From Alphaproteobacteria bacterium (GTDB lineage Bacteria > Pseudomonadota > Alphaproteobacteria > Rs-D84), in contig JAIDWS010000022.1 of the NCBI GenBank assembly GCA_029059055.1, positions 3,433 through 67,432 of the forward strand: a stretch of 64,000 bases of DNA. The letters are read 5' to 3'. Below the pieces are notes generated by a model, which saw nothing but the letters and a program-made list of their open reading frames with translations, made no database searches and was not told the origin of the DNA. A program made the translations under genes and the position numbers. Position 1 is the first letter of the stretch. Each line of letters begins with the position of its first letter. Below, piece by piece: positions 1 to 8,375 of this stretch.

Positions 1-1048
1 ACTGTTCCAATTGGTCCGCCGCAATCAGCGCATCAATCATTTCGTCCAGGCCCGCGCCCCCCGCCAAGATGTCATCCAATTTATACAGCGTCAGCTTGAT
101 ACGATGATCCGTTACACGCTGTTCCGGGAAATTATAGGTACGGATTTTTTCACTGCGGTCGCCGGAACCAACCATACTTTTTCTTGAAGCGTTACTTGCA
201 TTCATTTGTTCAAGACGCTGTTTTTCGTACAATTTGGACCGCAACACGGACATCGCCGCAATTTTATTTTGCAACTGGGACCGTTCATTTTGACACGTCA
301 CCACAATCCCGGACGGAAAGTGCGTGATACGTATCGCACTGTCGGTTTTATTAACGTGCTGGCCACCGGCACCCGACGCGCGAAAGATGTCGATACGAAT
401 ATCTTTGTCTTCGATAACGACGTCGATATCTTGGGCCTCTGGCATGACGGCGACAGATGCGGCACTGGTGTGGATACGACCGCCGGCCTCGGTTTCGGGG
501 ACACGCTGAACCCGGTGAATCCCGGATTCAAATTTCATACGCGCATAAACGCCGACACCCACGATTTTAAAGACAATTTCTTTGTACCCGCGCAGAGACG
601 TGGCATTTTCTTCGATAATTTCGATTTTCCACCCCTGGCGCAGCGCGTATGATTTATACTGATTAAACAAATCCCCGGCAAACAGCGCGGATTCTTCGCC
701 ACCGACACCGGCGCGAATTTCCATAATCGCACTGTTGTCATCGGCCGCGTCCCGCGGCAGCAATGCAATTTGAAGTTTTTTTTCAATATCCGGCAATACT
801 TTGTTGAGTTCAGCCAACTGTTCCAACGCCAACGCTTTTAATTCCGGGTCATGCTGCATTTCTGTGGCATCCGCAATTCCCTGCGTCGTTTGAAAGTATT
901 CCGCAATCACCGGCAACACTTCGTTCAGGCGCGAATATTCCTTGGACAGCTTGGTCAATTCTGCACCGGACACTGTGCCGGAATTCATTTGCGCTTCGAT
1001 TTCAGCGGCGCGATTTTGAATATCTTTTAATTTCTGTTCAATAATCAT
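1..1048 (-). CDS. prfA: peptide chain release factor 1 (3' end runs off the left window edge)
   Basis: Own minus-strand translation from ATG at 1048 (MIIEQKLKDIQNRAAEIEAQM...). It contains the GGQ motif (SGAGGQHVNKTDSAIRITH) and an RF1-type tail (EKIRTYNFPEQRVTDHRIKLTLYKLDDIL). It is absent from the ORF track because no stop codon lies inside the window. Confidence 0.9.
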   Translation of the reverse strand, partial: MIIEQKLKDIQNRAAEIEAQMNSGTVSGAELTKLSKEYSRLNEVLPVIAEYFQTTQGIADATEMQHDPELKALALEQLAELNKVLPDIEKKLQIALLPRDAADDNSAIMEIRAGVGGEESALFAGDLFNQYKSYALRQGWKIEIIEENATSLRGYKEIVFKIVGVGVYARMKFESGIHRVQRVPETEAGGRIHTSAASVAVMPEAQDIDVVIEDKDIRIDIFRASGAGGQHVNKTDSAIRITHFPSGIVVTCQNERSQLQNKIAAMSVLRSKLYEKQRLEQMNASNASRKSMVGSGDRSEKIRTYNFPEQRVTDHRIKLTLYKLDDILAGGAGLDEMIDALIAADQLEQ

Positions 1049-1051
1049 CTG

Positions 1052-2341
1052 TTACATTCCCATCAGTTCAATTGCCGCCGACAACGAAACCGTCTGTTGA
1101 TTTCCGGTCTGCATATTTTTCACGGAAACGGTTTGATTTTTTACTTCATCTGTACCAATTATCACACTGAATCCAGATTTTATTTTATCGGCGAATTCAA
1201 TTTGATTTTTAAATTTCTTATGCGCATCCAGATACGGCACCGCGACAATATTTGCCCCGCGCAATTCCGCCAAAACAGACATCGCATACGGCACACATTC
1301 ATCGCCCATTACCAACACCGCCGCATCAATGGGCCGCGCAAAAGACGATAAATCAATCTTGTTTTCATCCAACAGCGCCACCATCAGCCGGGAAAAACCG
1401 ACCGCCGCACCAACGCCGATAATTTTCGTTTTGGAAAATTTAGACGCCAAATCTTCGTAACGACCACCGCCGCCAACCGCCCCCAGTTCCGGGAACCGCG
1501 TCAGGAAAAATTCAAACACCACCCCGGTATAATACGCATGACCACGCATAATCCCCAGGTCAATTTCTGCGTTATTGACGCCCATGGATTTCAACAAATC
1601 CATAAAACGTTCCATATCGGCAATCGCCGAATCCAGGTTGTTATTTTTGTTCAAAAATGACTTATACCCGTCTGTAAACACTTTATTTATTTCATTTGCC
1701 ACATTTGCACCAACAACATCTGTTAATGCGCCGACAAAATCATCCAGTTTGTCTTTTTTATCAATCAAGACAAACGCATTGCGTGCCGTCGTCGCATCCA
1801 GCCCCAGATATTCAAACATGGCGTTCCAGAACCGGCGATTACCAATTTTAACCACCGTCGGCCCAATAAATTCCGCCACAGATTCATAGACGCGCGCCAA
1901 CGTTGCGACAATTTCCGCATCATAATTTTCCGACAGCGCCCCCACCCCCATGATGTCCATGTCCATCTGGTAAAATTCACGATACCGACCACGTTGCGGA
2001 CGTTCACCACGATAATTGCGTGCGAATTGATATGCCCGGAACGGAAACACCAAATCATTCATGTGTCCCGCAACATATCGCGCCAACCCAACCGTCCCGT
2101 CATAACGCAGGCCCATTTTGGTATCACCCTTTTGAAACAGGAACATTTGGGTTTCAATTTCGTCCCAGTTGTCTTTGTCCGTCAGAACTTCGGCCCGTTC
2201 AATGGCCGGCAAATCCAGGTGATTAAACCCCGCCGTACGCAACACCCGCTGCATCCGCGCGGCACATTCGTCCACACAGCGTTGCTGGACCGGCAACAAT
2301 TCAATAAATCCCGACATTGGCTTGGTTGGCTTTAAATCCAT
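1052..2341 (-). CDS. hisS: histidine--tRNA ligase
   Basis: 429 aa with class II aaRS motif 2 (GERPQRGRYREFYQMD) and a C-terminal anticodon-binding-like domain (AVLVMGDE...VIIGTDEVKNQTVSVKNM). The stop lies 3 nt before the prfA start. Confidence 0.88.
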   Translation of the reverse strand: MDLKPTKPMSGFIELLPVQQRCVDECAARMQRVLRTAGFNHLDLPAIERAEVLTDKDNWDEIETQMFLFQKGDTKMGLRYDGTVGLARYVAGHMNDLVFPFRAYQFARNYRGERPQRGRYREFYQMDMDIMGVGALSENYDAEIVATLARVYESVAEFIGPTVVKIGNRRFWNAMFEYLGLDATTARNAFVLIDKKDKLDDFVGALTDVVGANVANEINKVFTDGYKSFLNKNNNLDSAIADMERFMDLLKSMGVNNAEIDLGIMRGHAYYTGVVFEFFLTRFPELGAVGGGGRYEDLASKFSKTKIIGVGAAVGFSRLMVALLDENKIDLSSFARPIDAAVLVMGDECVPYAMSVLAELRGANIVAVPYLDAHKKFKNQIEFADKIKSGFSVIIGTDEVKNQTVSVKNMQTGNQQTVSLSAAIELMGM

Positions 2342-2548
2342 GGTAAAAATCCCTACTCTTTTTTAATCAGAAAAAACGATGACATATTTTATGTCAATTA
2401 TATCACAGAATATAAAAAATAGCTAATACGACGCCCGGCGGGCGTGATGATGAACGGCAAAAAACATGGTCTGTTTTAACATCCCATTAATTTTACCGTG
2501 ATTTTATCACTTTGCAACAAAAAATGGCGCCATTGTTTTTTTGTGCAA

Positions 2549-2923
2549 TTAACGCGAATAATAACAATCACCCGTATATGTCCCGGATCCCGACGTATCC
2601 GAAAATGACGTGCCGGACGACAGATAACAATCTGTAATAGACGTAGCACGACCACCAAAAGTCGTGCCACCATCCGGACAATCCACACAAACACCAGAAG
2701 ATGGATACTGCCCATCCAAGCATATTTCCTGTAAGGGCGGCCGGATTGTTCCGCCACCACCGCCCGAACACGTCGTACAACAGTTATTCAATCCCCACAC
2801 CAGGCAATTTTCAGGATGGCCATCACATTGCATGTCATAAGGACAGGTCAGCGTTGCCACACCATGCGCACCGCCGCACATTATCATTGCCACCCCCCAG
2901 ACCAACATCAGTGATTTTTTCAT
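2549..2923 (-). CDS. small secreted Cys-rich protein (family member 1)
   Basis: 124 aa with a signal peptide (MKKSLMLVWGVAMIMCGGAHG) and 16 Cys. The C-terminal module CVDCPDGGTTFGGRATSITDCY...TGDCYYSR is shared with the other family members. Confidence 0.7.
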   Translation of the reverse strand: MKKSLMLVWGVAMIMCGGAHGVATLTCPYDMQCDGHPENCLVWGLNNCCTTCSGGGGGTIRPPLQEICLDGQYPSSGVCVDCPDGGTTFGGRATSITDCYLSSGTSFSDTSGSGTYTGDCYYSR

Positions 2924-3168
2924 TCAAACTTCCCTTTTGTTTATTTCATTAATGAAAAACCACCAAAAAATTTTTCAGGTGGTTGGAGGTTCGAAACTAT
3001 AAACTAGAATAGTGCTGCTTATTCGATATATTCAGCCGCCCTCCAACCCGCAATAACGGATGGAGTTTTTATCGTCACACCGGACGCTAGTTTAATGGGT
3101 TTCGACACCCACCCCGGGAACACCCCTGGGGCAAATTAAATTATATATCAATTGGGATTTATGAACAA
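2924..3168 (-). promoter_or_regulatory. promoter plus structured leader RNA, copy A
   Basis: Minus-strand promoter TTGTTC (3168-3163), 17-nt spacer, TATAAT (3145-3140). The leader has a 5' hairpin with loop GUGUU and a long-range helix ggttggagg (3047-3039) : cctccaacc (2989-2981). That helix encloses a hairpin with loop AAUAUAUCGAAUAAG. Terminator: aaccacc-loop-ggtggtt-UUUUU (about 2984-2955). Confidence 0.55.
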
Positions 3169-3183
3169 GACAAAAGTGCGCCG

Positions 3184-3882
3184 TCACAGATATTGATGCA
3201 ATTGCGCGCCATTGGTTGCCAACCACCGCTTGGCCCGTTCCACGCCAAACCCGTACAATTCACGCACAAATGCCCAAAATTCCGGCGAATGGTCCATATG
3301 ACGCCGATGCGCCAATTCGTGCATCACCACATACCGCATCACGTCCGTTGGCGCAAATGCCAATCGCCATGAAAAAGATATCGTCCCGGTTGACGAACAA
3401 CTGCCCCAGCGCGACGTCGTATCACGCAACGCAATCCGCCGCGGCCACAGTTCCCGCGGCGCACCGCGCACCATATCACGCACGGCGGTCATAAATTCTT
3501 GCTTTATCACATCGCGCAGACGGCGTTCAAACATATCCGCCCCACCCCCGATATACAACGTCATGCCGTCGGCACTGTAACAATTGCCGCGACGGGTCGG
3601 ATCATGGCGTACAACCACACTGCGCCCCAGATAATTTAAAACCATGCCGTCATAAACCCGGACCTTTTGCGGGGCGCGGACAAAAATGCGTTCAACCCAC
3701 GCGCGCTTGCGTTCCAAAAATCGCAATGCCGCCGATTGGGGCGTTAACCACGGTTTCGATATGCAAATTTCACGCCGCGGCACCGTGCGGGGCCGCAAAG
3801 TTATATTGCGCAGCCCCCGGCGCGTTGTCACGACAACCGGGATACGTTCGCCCGACGATGTTTCGAATACCAAATCCGACAT
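3184..3882 (-). CDS. YgjP-like/M48-type metal-dependent hydrolase (DUF45)
   Basis: 232 aa with HELAH zinc motif (YVVMHELAHRRHMDHSPEFW) and WGSCSSTGTISFSWRL, typical of the YgjP family. The start lies 3 nt after the tkt stop. Confidence 0.75.
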   Translation of the reverse strand: MSDLVFETSSGERIPVVVTTRRGLRNITLRPRTVPRREICISKPWLTPQSAALRFLERKRAWVERIFVRAPQKVRVYDGMVLNYLGRSVVVRHDPTRRGNCYSADGMTLYIGGGADMFERRLRDVIKQEFMTAVRDMVRGAPRELWPRRIALRDTTSRWGSCSSTGTISFSWRLAFAPTDVMRYVVMHELAHRRHMDHSPEFWAFVRELYGFGVERAKRWLATNGAQLHQYL

Positions 3883-3884
3883 GA

Positions 3885-5675
3885 TTATTTTAAAAATTTT
3901 GAAATTTCCCGGACCAATGCGTCTGTATCAAATCCAAACGCACGATACACATCGTCCCCCGGTCCCGATGCGCCAAACGAATCAATACCAATCGCGGCGT
4001 CGGCAAATTCAAACCATGGGGCGGTGGCGGCCGCTTCGACAGATACGACATATCCCGCCAATATGCGCCGACGATATTCTGATGACTGCATCCGAAATGC
4101 GGCGACATTGGGCATACTGACCACTTGGACACCCGATAATTTCCGGGCCGCGGACACCGCCAATGGGACTTCGGCACCGGTCGCAACCAATGTCATCCGT
4201 ACCCGCCGGGTCTGCGCCGGATAAATCACATATCCGCCACGCATCATCTGGGCCGTATCGGGCGTATCAATTTGCTGAATCTTTTGACGCGACAAAATAA
4301 TACACGACGGGCGCGTCACATCCCCCAGTGCCGTACGCCAGGCATATACAACCTCAGCCATGTTACAGGGACGAAAGACATTCAAATTCGGCATTAAACG
4401 CAATGATGGCAACTGTTCAACGGGCTGGTGCGTGGGCCCATCTTCGCCAACAGCCACACTGTCGTGGGTCAAAACATATACCACCGGCAATCCCGACAGC
4501 GCCGCCAAACGAATACTGGGGCGCATATAATCACTGAACACCAAGAATGTTGACCCGTATGGCCGCAATCCGCATGTGACCAGACCGTTCATAATCGCGC
4601 CCATGGCATGTTCGCGCACACCATAATTGATAAAGTTCCCGGAAAAATCGTCCGCCGTAATATCACGATGCGATTTGGTTTTGGCATTCGTGCTGGTGGC
4701 CAAATCTGCACTGCCCCCAATCAGGCACGGTATCGCCGCCGCCAAACGTTCCAGATACATCCCCGACAATTCACGGGTGGAAATTTCCGCCGCATCCACC
4801 GTCGGCACATCCACAACCGGCACGGCACCGGCATCAATGCACGGTTTATCTTCGGCGCGACGCGGCCGCCGCCGGGCAACCGTCGCCCACAATTTTTCGC
4901 CGGCCCGCGATGCGTATTCAGCCATCAATTGCGCCATTTCCGCATCCCCCAGTGCCAATCCATGCGCCCGTGGCAATCCGGCCAAACTGGACCCGGCACC
5001 AATGACGGTTCGGCATTGGACAAAGACCGGCCCATTGCATTGTCCGGCGCGTTCCAGCGCCGCATTTAACGATTTAAAATTATTTCCATGCGCACTGATA
5101 ACCGTCCAGCCCGCCGCCGCCATGCGACGCGGGATATTCACGTCTGTCTGGGCGATGCCATCAATACTGATACCATTGTCATCCCACAACAAAACCAAAT
5201 TATCCAATTTGTAACGACCGGCAAATGCGATGGATTCGTTGGCCACCCCTTCCATCAAATCGCCATCGGAACACAGGCAATAAACACGGGCGCCCGTCCG
5301 GCGGATTTTGGCCCCCATGGCGATGCCGACGGCATTGCCGATTCCCTGGCCCAGGGGGCCCGTGGTTGCAGCCACGCCGTCAATTCCCAATTCCGGATGC
5401 CCCGGCAAACCGCCCAGCGCGCGAAACCGTTCCAAATCACCGATATCGTGCCCCGATAATTTCAACACGGAATACAGCAGCGCACTGCCATGTCCCGCCG
5501 ACAGCACGAATTTATCCACCCCCAGGCGCAGAAAATTTGCAAAAATTGTCGTTACAATATCGGCCGCCCCCAAGACGATACCGACATGCCCACTGCGCGA
5601 TGCGCGCAACGCCCCCAGCGCGCGCGAACGCAACGCCCCGGCCATTTCTTGTAATTGTTTGGATTCGTGTCTCAT
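3885..5675 (-). CDS. tkt: transketolase
   Basis: 596 aa with ThDP-binding signatures: SGHVGIVLGAADI, GHGSALLYSVLKLSGH, GPLGQGIGNAVGIAMG, CLCSDGDLMEGV. Confidence 0.9.
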   Translation of the reverse strand: MRHESKQLQEMAGALRSRALGALRASRSGHVGIVLGAADIVTTIFANFLRLGVDKFVLSAGHGSALLYSVLKLSGHDIGDLERFRALGGLPGHPELGIDGVAATTGPLGQGIGNAVGIAMGAKIRRTGARVYCLCSDGDLMEGVANESIAFAGRYKLDNLVLLWDDNGISIDGIAQTDVNIPRRMAAAGWTVISAHGNNFKSLNAALERAGQCNGPVFVQCRTVIGAGSSLAGLPRAHGLALGDAEMAQLMAEYASRAGEKLWATVARRRPRRAEDKPCIDAGAVPVVDVPTVDAAEISTRELSGMYLERLAAAIPCLIGGSADLATSTNAKTKSHRDITADDFSGNFINYGVREHAMGAIMNGLVTCGLRPYGSTFLVFSDYMRPSIRLAALSGLPVVYVLTHDSVAVGEDGPTHQPVEQLPSLRLMPNLNVFRPCNMAEVVYAWRTALGDVTRPSCIILSRQKIQQIDTPDTAQMMRGGYVIYPAQTRRVRMTLVATGAEVPLAVSAARKLSGVQVVSMPNVAAFRMQSSEYRRRILAGYVVSVEAAATAPWFEFADAAIGIDSFGASGPGDDVYRAFGFDTDALVREISKFLK

Positions 5676-5711
5676 TTTATGGTATTATACCACAAAACAG
5701 GTGTATTTAAA

Positions 5712-6143
5712 ATGCTAAAAATATGGACAGACGGCAGTTGTTTGGGAAATCCCGGCCCCGGTGGGTGGGCATTCCTGGCGACGGACGGAAAAAATATCGC
5801 GGAACGTTGTGGTGGCGAAGCAGACACCACCAACAACCGCATGGAATTGATGGCGGTGCTGCGTGCATTGACGGCGGCGCGCCGCCACAGCGAAGTGGAA
5901 ATCCACACCGACAGCCAATATGTAAAAAACGGCATGATGTCGTGGGTAAAAAATTGGAAGCGTAACAATTGGCGCACTGCGGACAAAAAACCGGTCAAGA
6001 ACCAGGATTTATGGATGGCCCTGGACGCGGCCGCCGCCCAGACAAAAATTCACTGGGTCTGGGTCAAGGGACACGCCGGCGAAGAATTTAACGAACGCGT
6101 CGACGAATTGGCCCGTGGCGCGGCCGCAGCATTAAAGAAATAA
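5712..6143 (+). CDS. rnhA: ribonuclease HI
   Basis: MLKIWTDGSCLGNPGPGGWAF...TTNNRMELMAVLRAL...HTDSQYV...WVKGHAGEEFNERVDELAR. Internal ATG at 5712 chosen, because the track's longer start at 5655 would overlap the tkt start. Confidence 0.9.
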   Translation: MLKIWTDGSCLGNPGPGGWAFLATDGKNIAERCGGEADTTNNRMELMAVLRALTAARRHSEVEIHTDSQYVKNGMMSWVKNWKRNNWRTADKKPVKNQDLWMALDAAAAQTKIHWVWVKGHAGEEFNERVDELARGAAAALKK

Positions 6144-6145
6144 AC

Positions 6146-6871
6146 ATGACCAAAAAAAACGTATTTTTGCAGGCCGCCCGCACATTATACCAACGGGCCC
6201 GACCGGCCATGTGGCGGACACTGTATCGCACCATGCACACCATACGTTACAGCCAGGATATGTCGACATTTTGGGCGGCATGGGAAATGGGCAAGATTGG
6301 CCTGCTGATGCATCAGCGGGGACGCAGTTCCGCCAAAGTGGCCCGTGAAATCCGCAAATATTTGTTTAACGCATTGATTGAAAACGCAGACCATATCACA
6401 CCGACAACATATCATTTGGCCACATTTGACCAGCGTTATCATATGGTTATACAATTAACACAACATCTGCATGCCCAAATGTCTGTGGCGCACCCGGATG
6501 TTGCACCATCATTGACCAGCGTCACATTTCGCCCAGACCAGGACGGCAATAAAAAGAAATGGTGGCAAACGGACGCGTTATACAGCCCGGCCAAGAAACA
6601 AATTGTGTATTACACACACATCCTGGACCATTCGTTCAACGACGTTATCAATACAATCATCCACGAATACACGCACGTATTACAGAACGCCCGCCACAGT
6701 GCCATGCCCAACTTTATCTTGGAATTCCAGGCAAAACACCCCAAGGCATATATCAAGACGCCATACATCATCCGGCCCGATGAAAACGAAGCATGGCGCA
6801 TGGGCAGCTGGATCAGCCGTAATTTCGACAAACACTTTTTCACGTATCTGGAAAAACACGCACGCGAATAA
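6146..6871 (+). CDS. hypothetical protein with HExxH motif
   Basis: 241 aa with no signal peptide. The only recognisable element is IIHEYTHVLQ. The start lies 3 nt after the rnhA stop, so it is probably co-transcribed. Confidence 0.5.
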   Translation: MTKKNVFLQAARTLYQRARPAMWRTLYRTMHTIRYSQDMSTFWAAWEMGKIGLLMHQRGRSSAKVAREIRKYLFNALIENADHITPTTYHLATFDQRYHMVIQLTQHLHAQMSVAHPDVAPSLTSVTFRPDQDGNKKKWWQTDALYSPAKKQIVYYTHILDHSFNDVINTIIHEYTHVLQNARHSAMPNFILEFQAKHPKAYIKTPYIIRPDENEAWRMGSWISRNFDKHFFTYLEKHARE

Positions 6872-6897
6872 AAACGGGGGCGTCGCCCCCGTTTTTA
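6870..6897. terminator. bidirectional intrinsic terminator
   Basis: aaaaacgggggcgtcgcccccgttttt: a GC-rich hairpin flanked by an A-tract and a T-tract, between convergent genes 6146..6871 and rlmE. Confidence 0.65.
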
Positions 6898-7575
6898 TTG
6901 TTGTTGTTCCGATGTCGCCCCCCGGAATCCCAAACCAACAATGAACATTTCCACCGAATCTTTGCGTGATGCCGGCGGTTTGATATGATGCACCTTGTCA
7001 AAATTTTCTTTGAATTGTTTCAGTAATTCGTTTGTTGTACCACCGGTAAACGATTTGGCCACAAACGTGCCGCCCGGCTTTAACGCGCGCAATGCAAAAT
7101 CAAACGCGTATTCCAACAACACCATCTGGCGGATATGGTCGGTTTTTTTATGCCCAACCGTGTTCGGCGCCATGTCGGACAAAACCACATCAACCGTCCC
7201 CCGCCCCATTTCGCCGGCCGGCAGATTCAGTTTTTCTTCCAACCAATGCAATGCGTCATCGGTGGTAAAATCCCCCTGGTAAAAATCCACCCCGACGATG
7301 GGCTTGATTTCCAGCAAATCCATCGCAAAGATTTTGGATTTTGGAAATTGGCGGGCGATATATTGGGTCCATGACCCGGGTGCCGCCCCCAAATCCACCA
7401 CCACCTGGCCATTGCGCAGGAAATGAAATTTATCGTTCATTTCAATCAGTTTGTACACCGCACGGGCGCGATAGCCTTCTTTTTGGGCACGCGCAACGTA
7501 CGGGTCGTGCGCCTGGCGTTGCAACCACGCGACAGACGATTTCTTGGCGGCAATTTTTTTGTTCAGTATCTTCAT
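6895..7575 (-). CDS. rlmE: 23S rRNA (uridine-2'-O)-methyltransferase RlmE/FtsJ
   Basis: 226 aa: WLQRQAHDPYVARAQKEGYRARAVYKLIEMNDKF, SAM motif VVDLGAAPGSWTQY, and DVVLSDMAPNTVG. Confidence 0.9.
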   Translation of the reverse strand: MKILNKKIAAKKSSVAWLQRQAHDPYVARAQKEGYRARAVYKLIEMNDKFHFLRNGQVVVDLGAAPGSWTQYIARQFPKSKIFAMDLLEIKPIVGVDFYQGDFTTDDALHWLEEKLNLPAGEMGRGTVDVVLSDMAPNTVGHKKTDHIRQMVLLEYAFDFALRALKPGGTFVAKSFTGGTTNELLKQFKENFDKVHHIKPPASRKDSVEMFIVGLGFRGATSEQQQ

Positions 7576-7844
7576 TTTTGCTTTTGGTGCTGTGCGGCCA
7601 TCTGTTTTTTGACGTGATTATAAAACCCGCGCGCACGGTATAACGCATATTCGGGTGTTGCCAACTTGAATTTTTCCCCGTCAACACTGAACATACATTT
7701 TTCCGTACCGTGATGAACGTATGTCACCGTCAATTCATAGCCCTTTAACATCTGGGCCTGGTCCCGGCCCGGCTGAAAAACCGGCACCGGTTCGGTAATA
7801 CTGGCAACGGACCAGTCAAACAATTTTGAAATTTTGATTTTCAT
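7572..7844 (-). CDS. hypothetical protein (90 aa)
   Basis: ATG-initiated ORF packed tightly between the SRP54-M-like gene and rlmE, with a 4-nt overlap with the rlmE start. No recognisable motif. Confidence 0.45.
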   Translation of the reverse strand: MKIKISKLFDWSVASITEPVPVFQPGRDQAQMLKGYELTVTYVHHGTEKCMFSVDGEKFKLATPEYALYRARGFYNHVKKQMAAQHQKQK

Positions 7845-7847
7845 GGC

Positions 7848-8348
7848 TTACTGATTTCCCCCTTGGGCGGCTTTCATTTTTTCCATCACAGCTTCCATCC
7901 CGCCCATTTTTTGTAACATGGCCATTTGCTGTTTCATTTTGGTATACTGTTTAATCATGTGTTCCACATCACGCACCGTGCAACCGGCGGTTTCGGCAAT
8001 GCGCGCCTTGGCATTGGCGAAAATTTTATCCGGTTGGGCACGTTCGGCCGGTGTCATGGCTTCCAGAATCTTAATCTGGGCATCGACACTGCCGTCTTTG
8101 ATTTTTTCTTTCATGGCGGCGACCGCACCGGACATCCCCGGCACCATTTTCAACAGACCGCTGAAATTGCTCATTTTTTTAATCTGTTTCAACTGGGCCA
8201 GCATGTCATTCATATCAAATTGGCCGGACATCATGCGCGCGGCGGTTTCTTTCATACCGGCGGGCATTTTTTCTTCGATTGCGGCCATATCTGCGGCATT
8301 GTCCATTTCCGGGGCGTTGCCCGCTTTCTTTTTTCCAAAACCAAACAT
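7848..8348 (-). CDS. stand-alone SRP54/Ffh M-domain-like protein
   Basis: 166 aa, Met-rich. FDMNDMLAQLKQIKKMSNFSGLLKMVPGM...ILEAMTPAERAQPDKIF...RIAETAGCTVRDVEHMIKQYTKMKQQM parallels the E. coli Ffh M domain (FDLNDFLEQLRQMKNMGG...MTMKERAKPEII...RIAAGSGMQVQDVNRLLKQF, from memory). No NG/GTPase domain lies upstream, because the uvrA stop is at 8376. Confidence 0.7.
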   Translation of the reverse strand: MFGFGKKKAGNAPEMDNAADMAAIEEKMPAGMKETAARMMSGQFDMNDMLAQLKQIKKMSNFSGLLKMVPGMSGAVAAMKEKIKDGSVDAQIKILEAMTPAERAQPDKIFANAKARIAETAGCTVRDVEHMIKQYTKMKQQMAMLQKMGGMEAVMEKMKAAQGGNQ

Positions 8349-8375
8349 ACGTCTTACTCCTTGGTGTTCACAAAC

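Noticed and set aside
206-652. A 148-aa + strand ORF and other small ORFs inside the first 1 kb
   Set aside because: They are antisense shadows of prfA. The minus strand here gives an uninterrupted RF1 translation with the GGQ motif.
6870-6897. Similarity between the hairpins acgggggcgtcgcccccgt (6.87 kb) and acgggggccgcgcccccgt (44.4 kb), considered as a possible repeated element (REP/MITE)
   Set aside because: Both are simple GC-rich terminator stems flanked by A-tracts and T-tracts, sitting at gene ends. No extended flanking similarity was seen.
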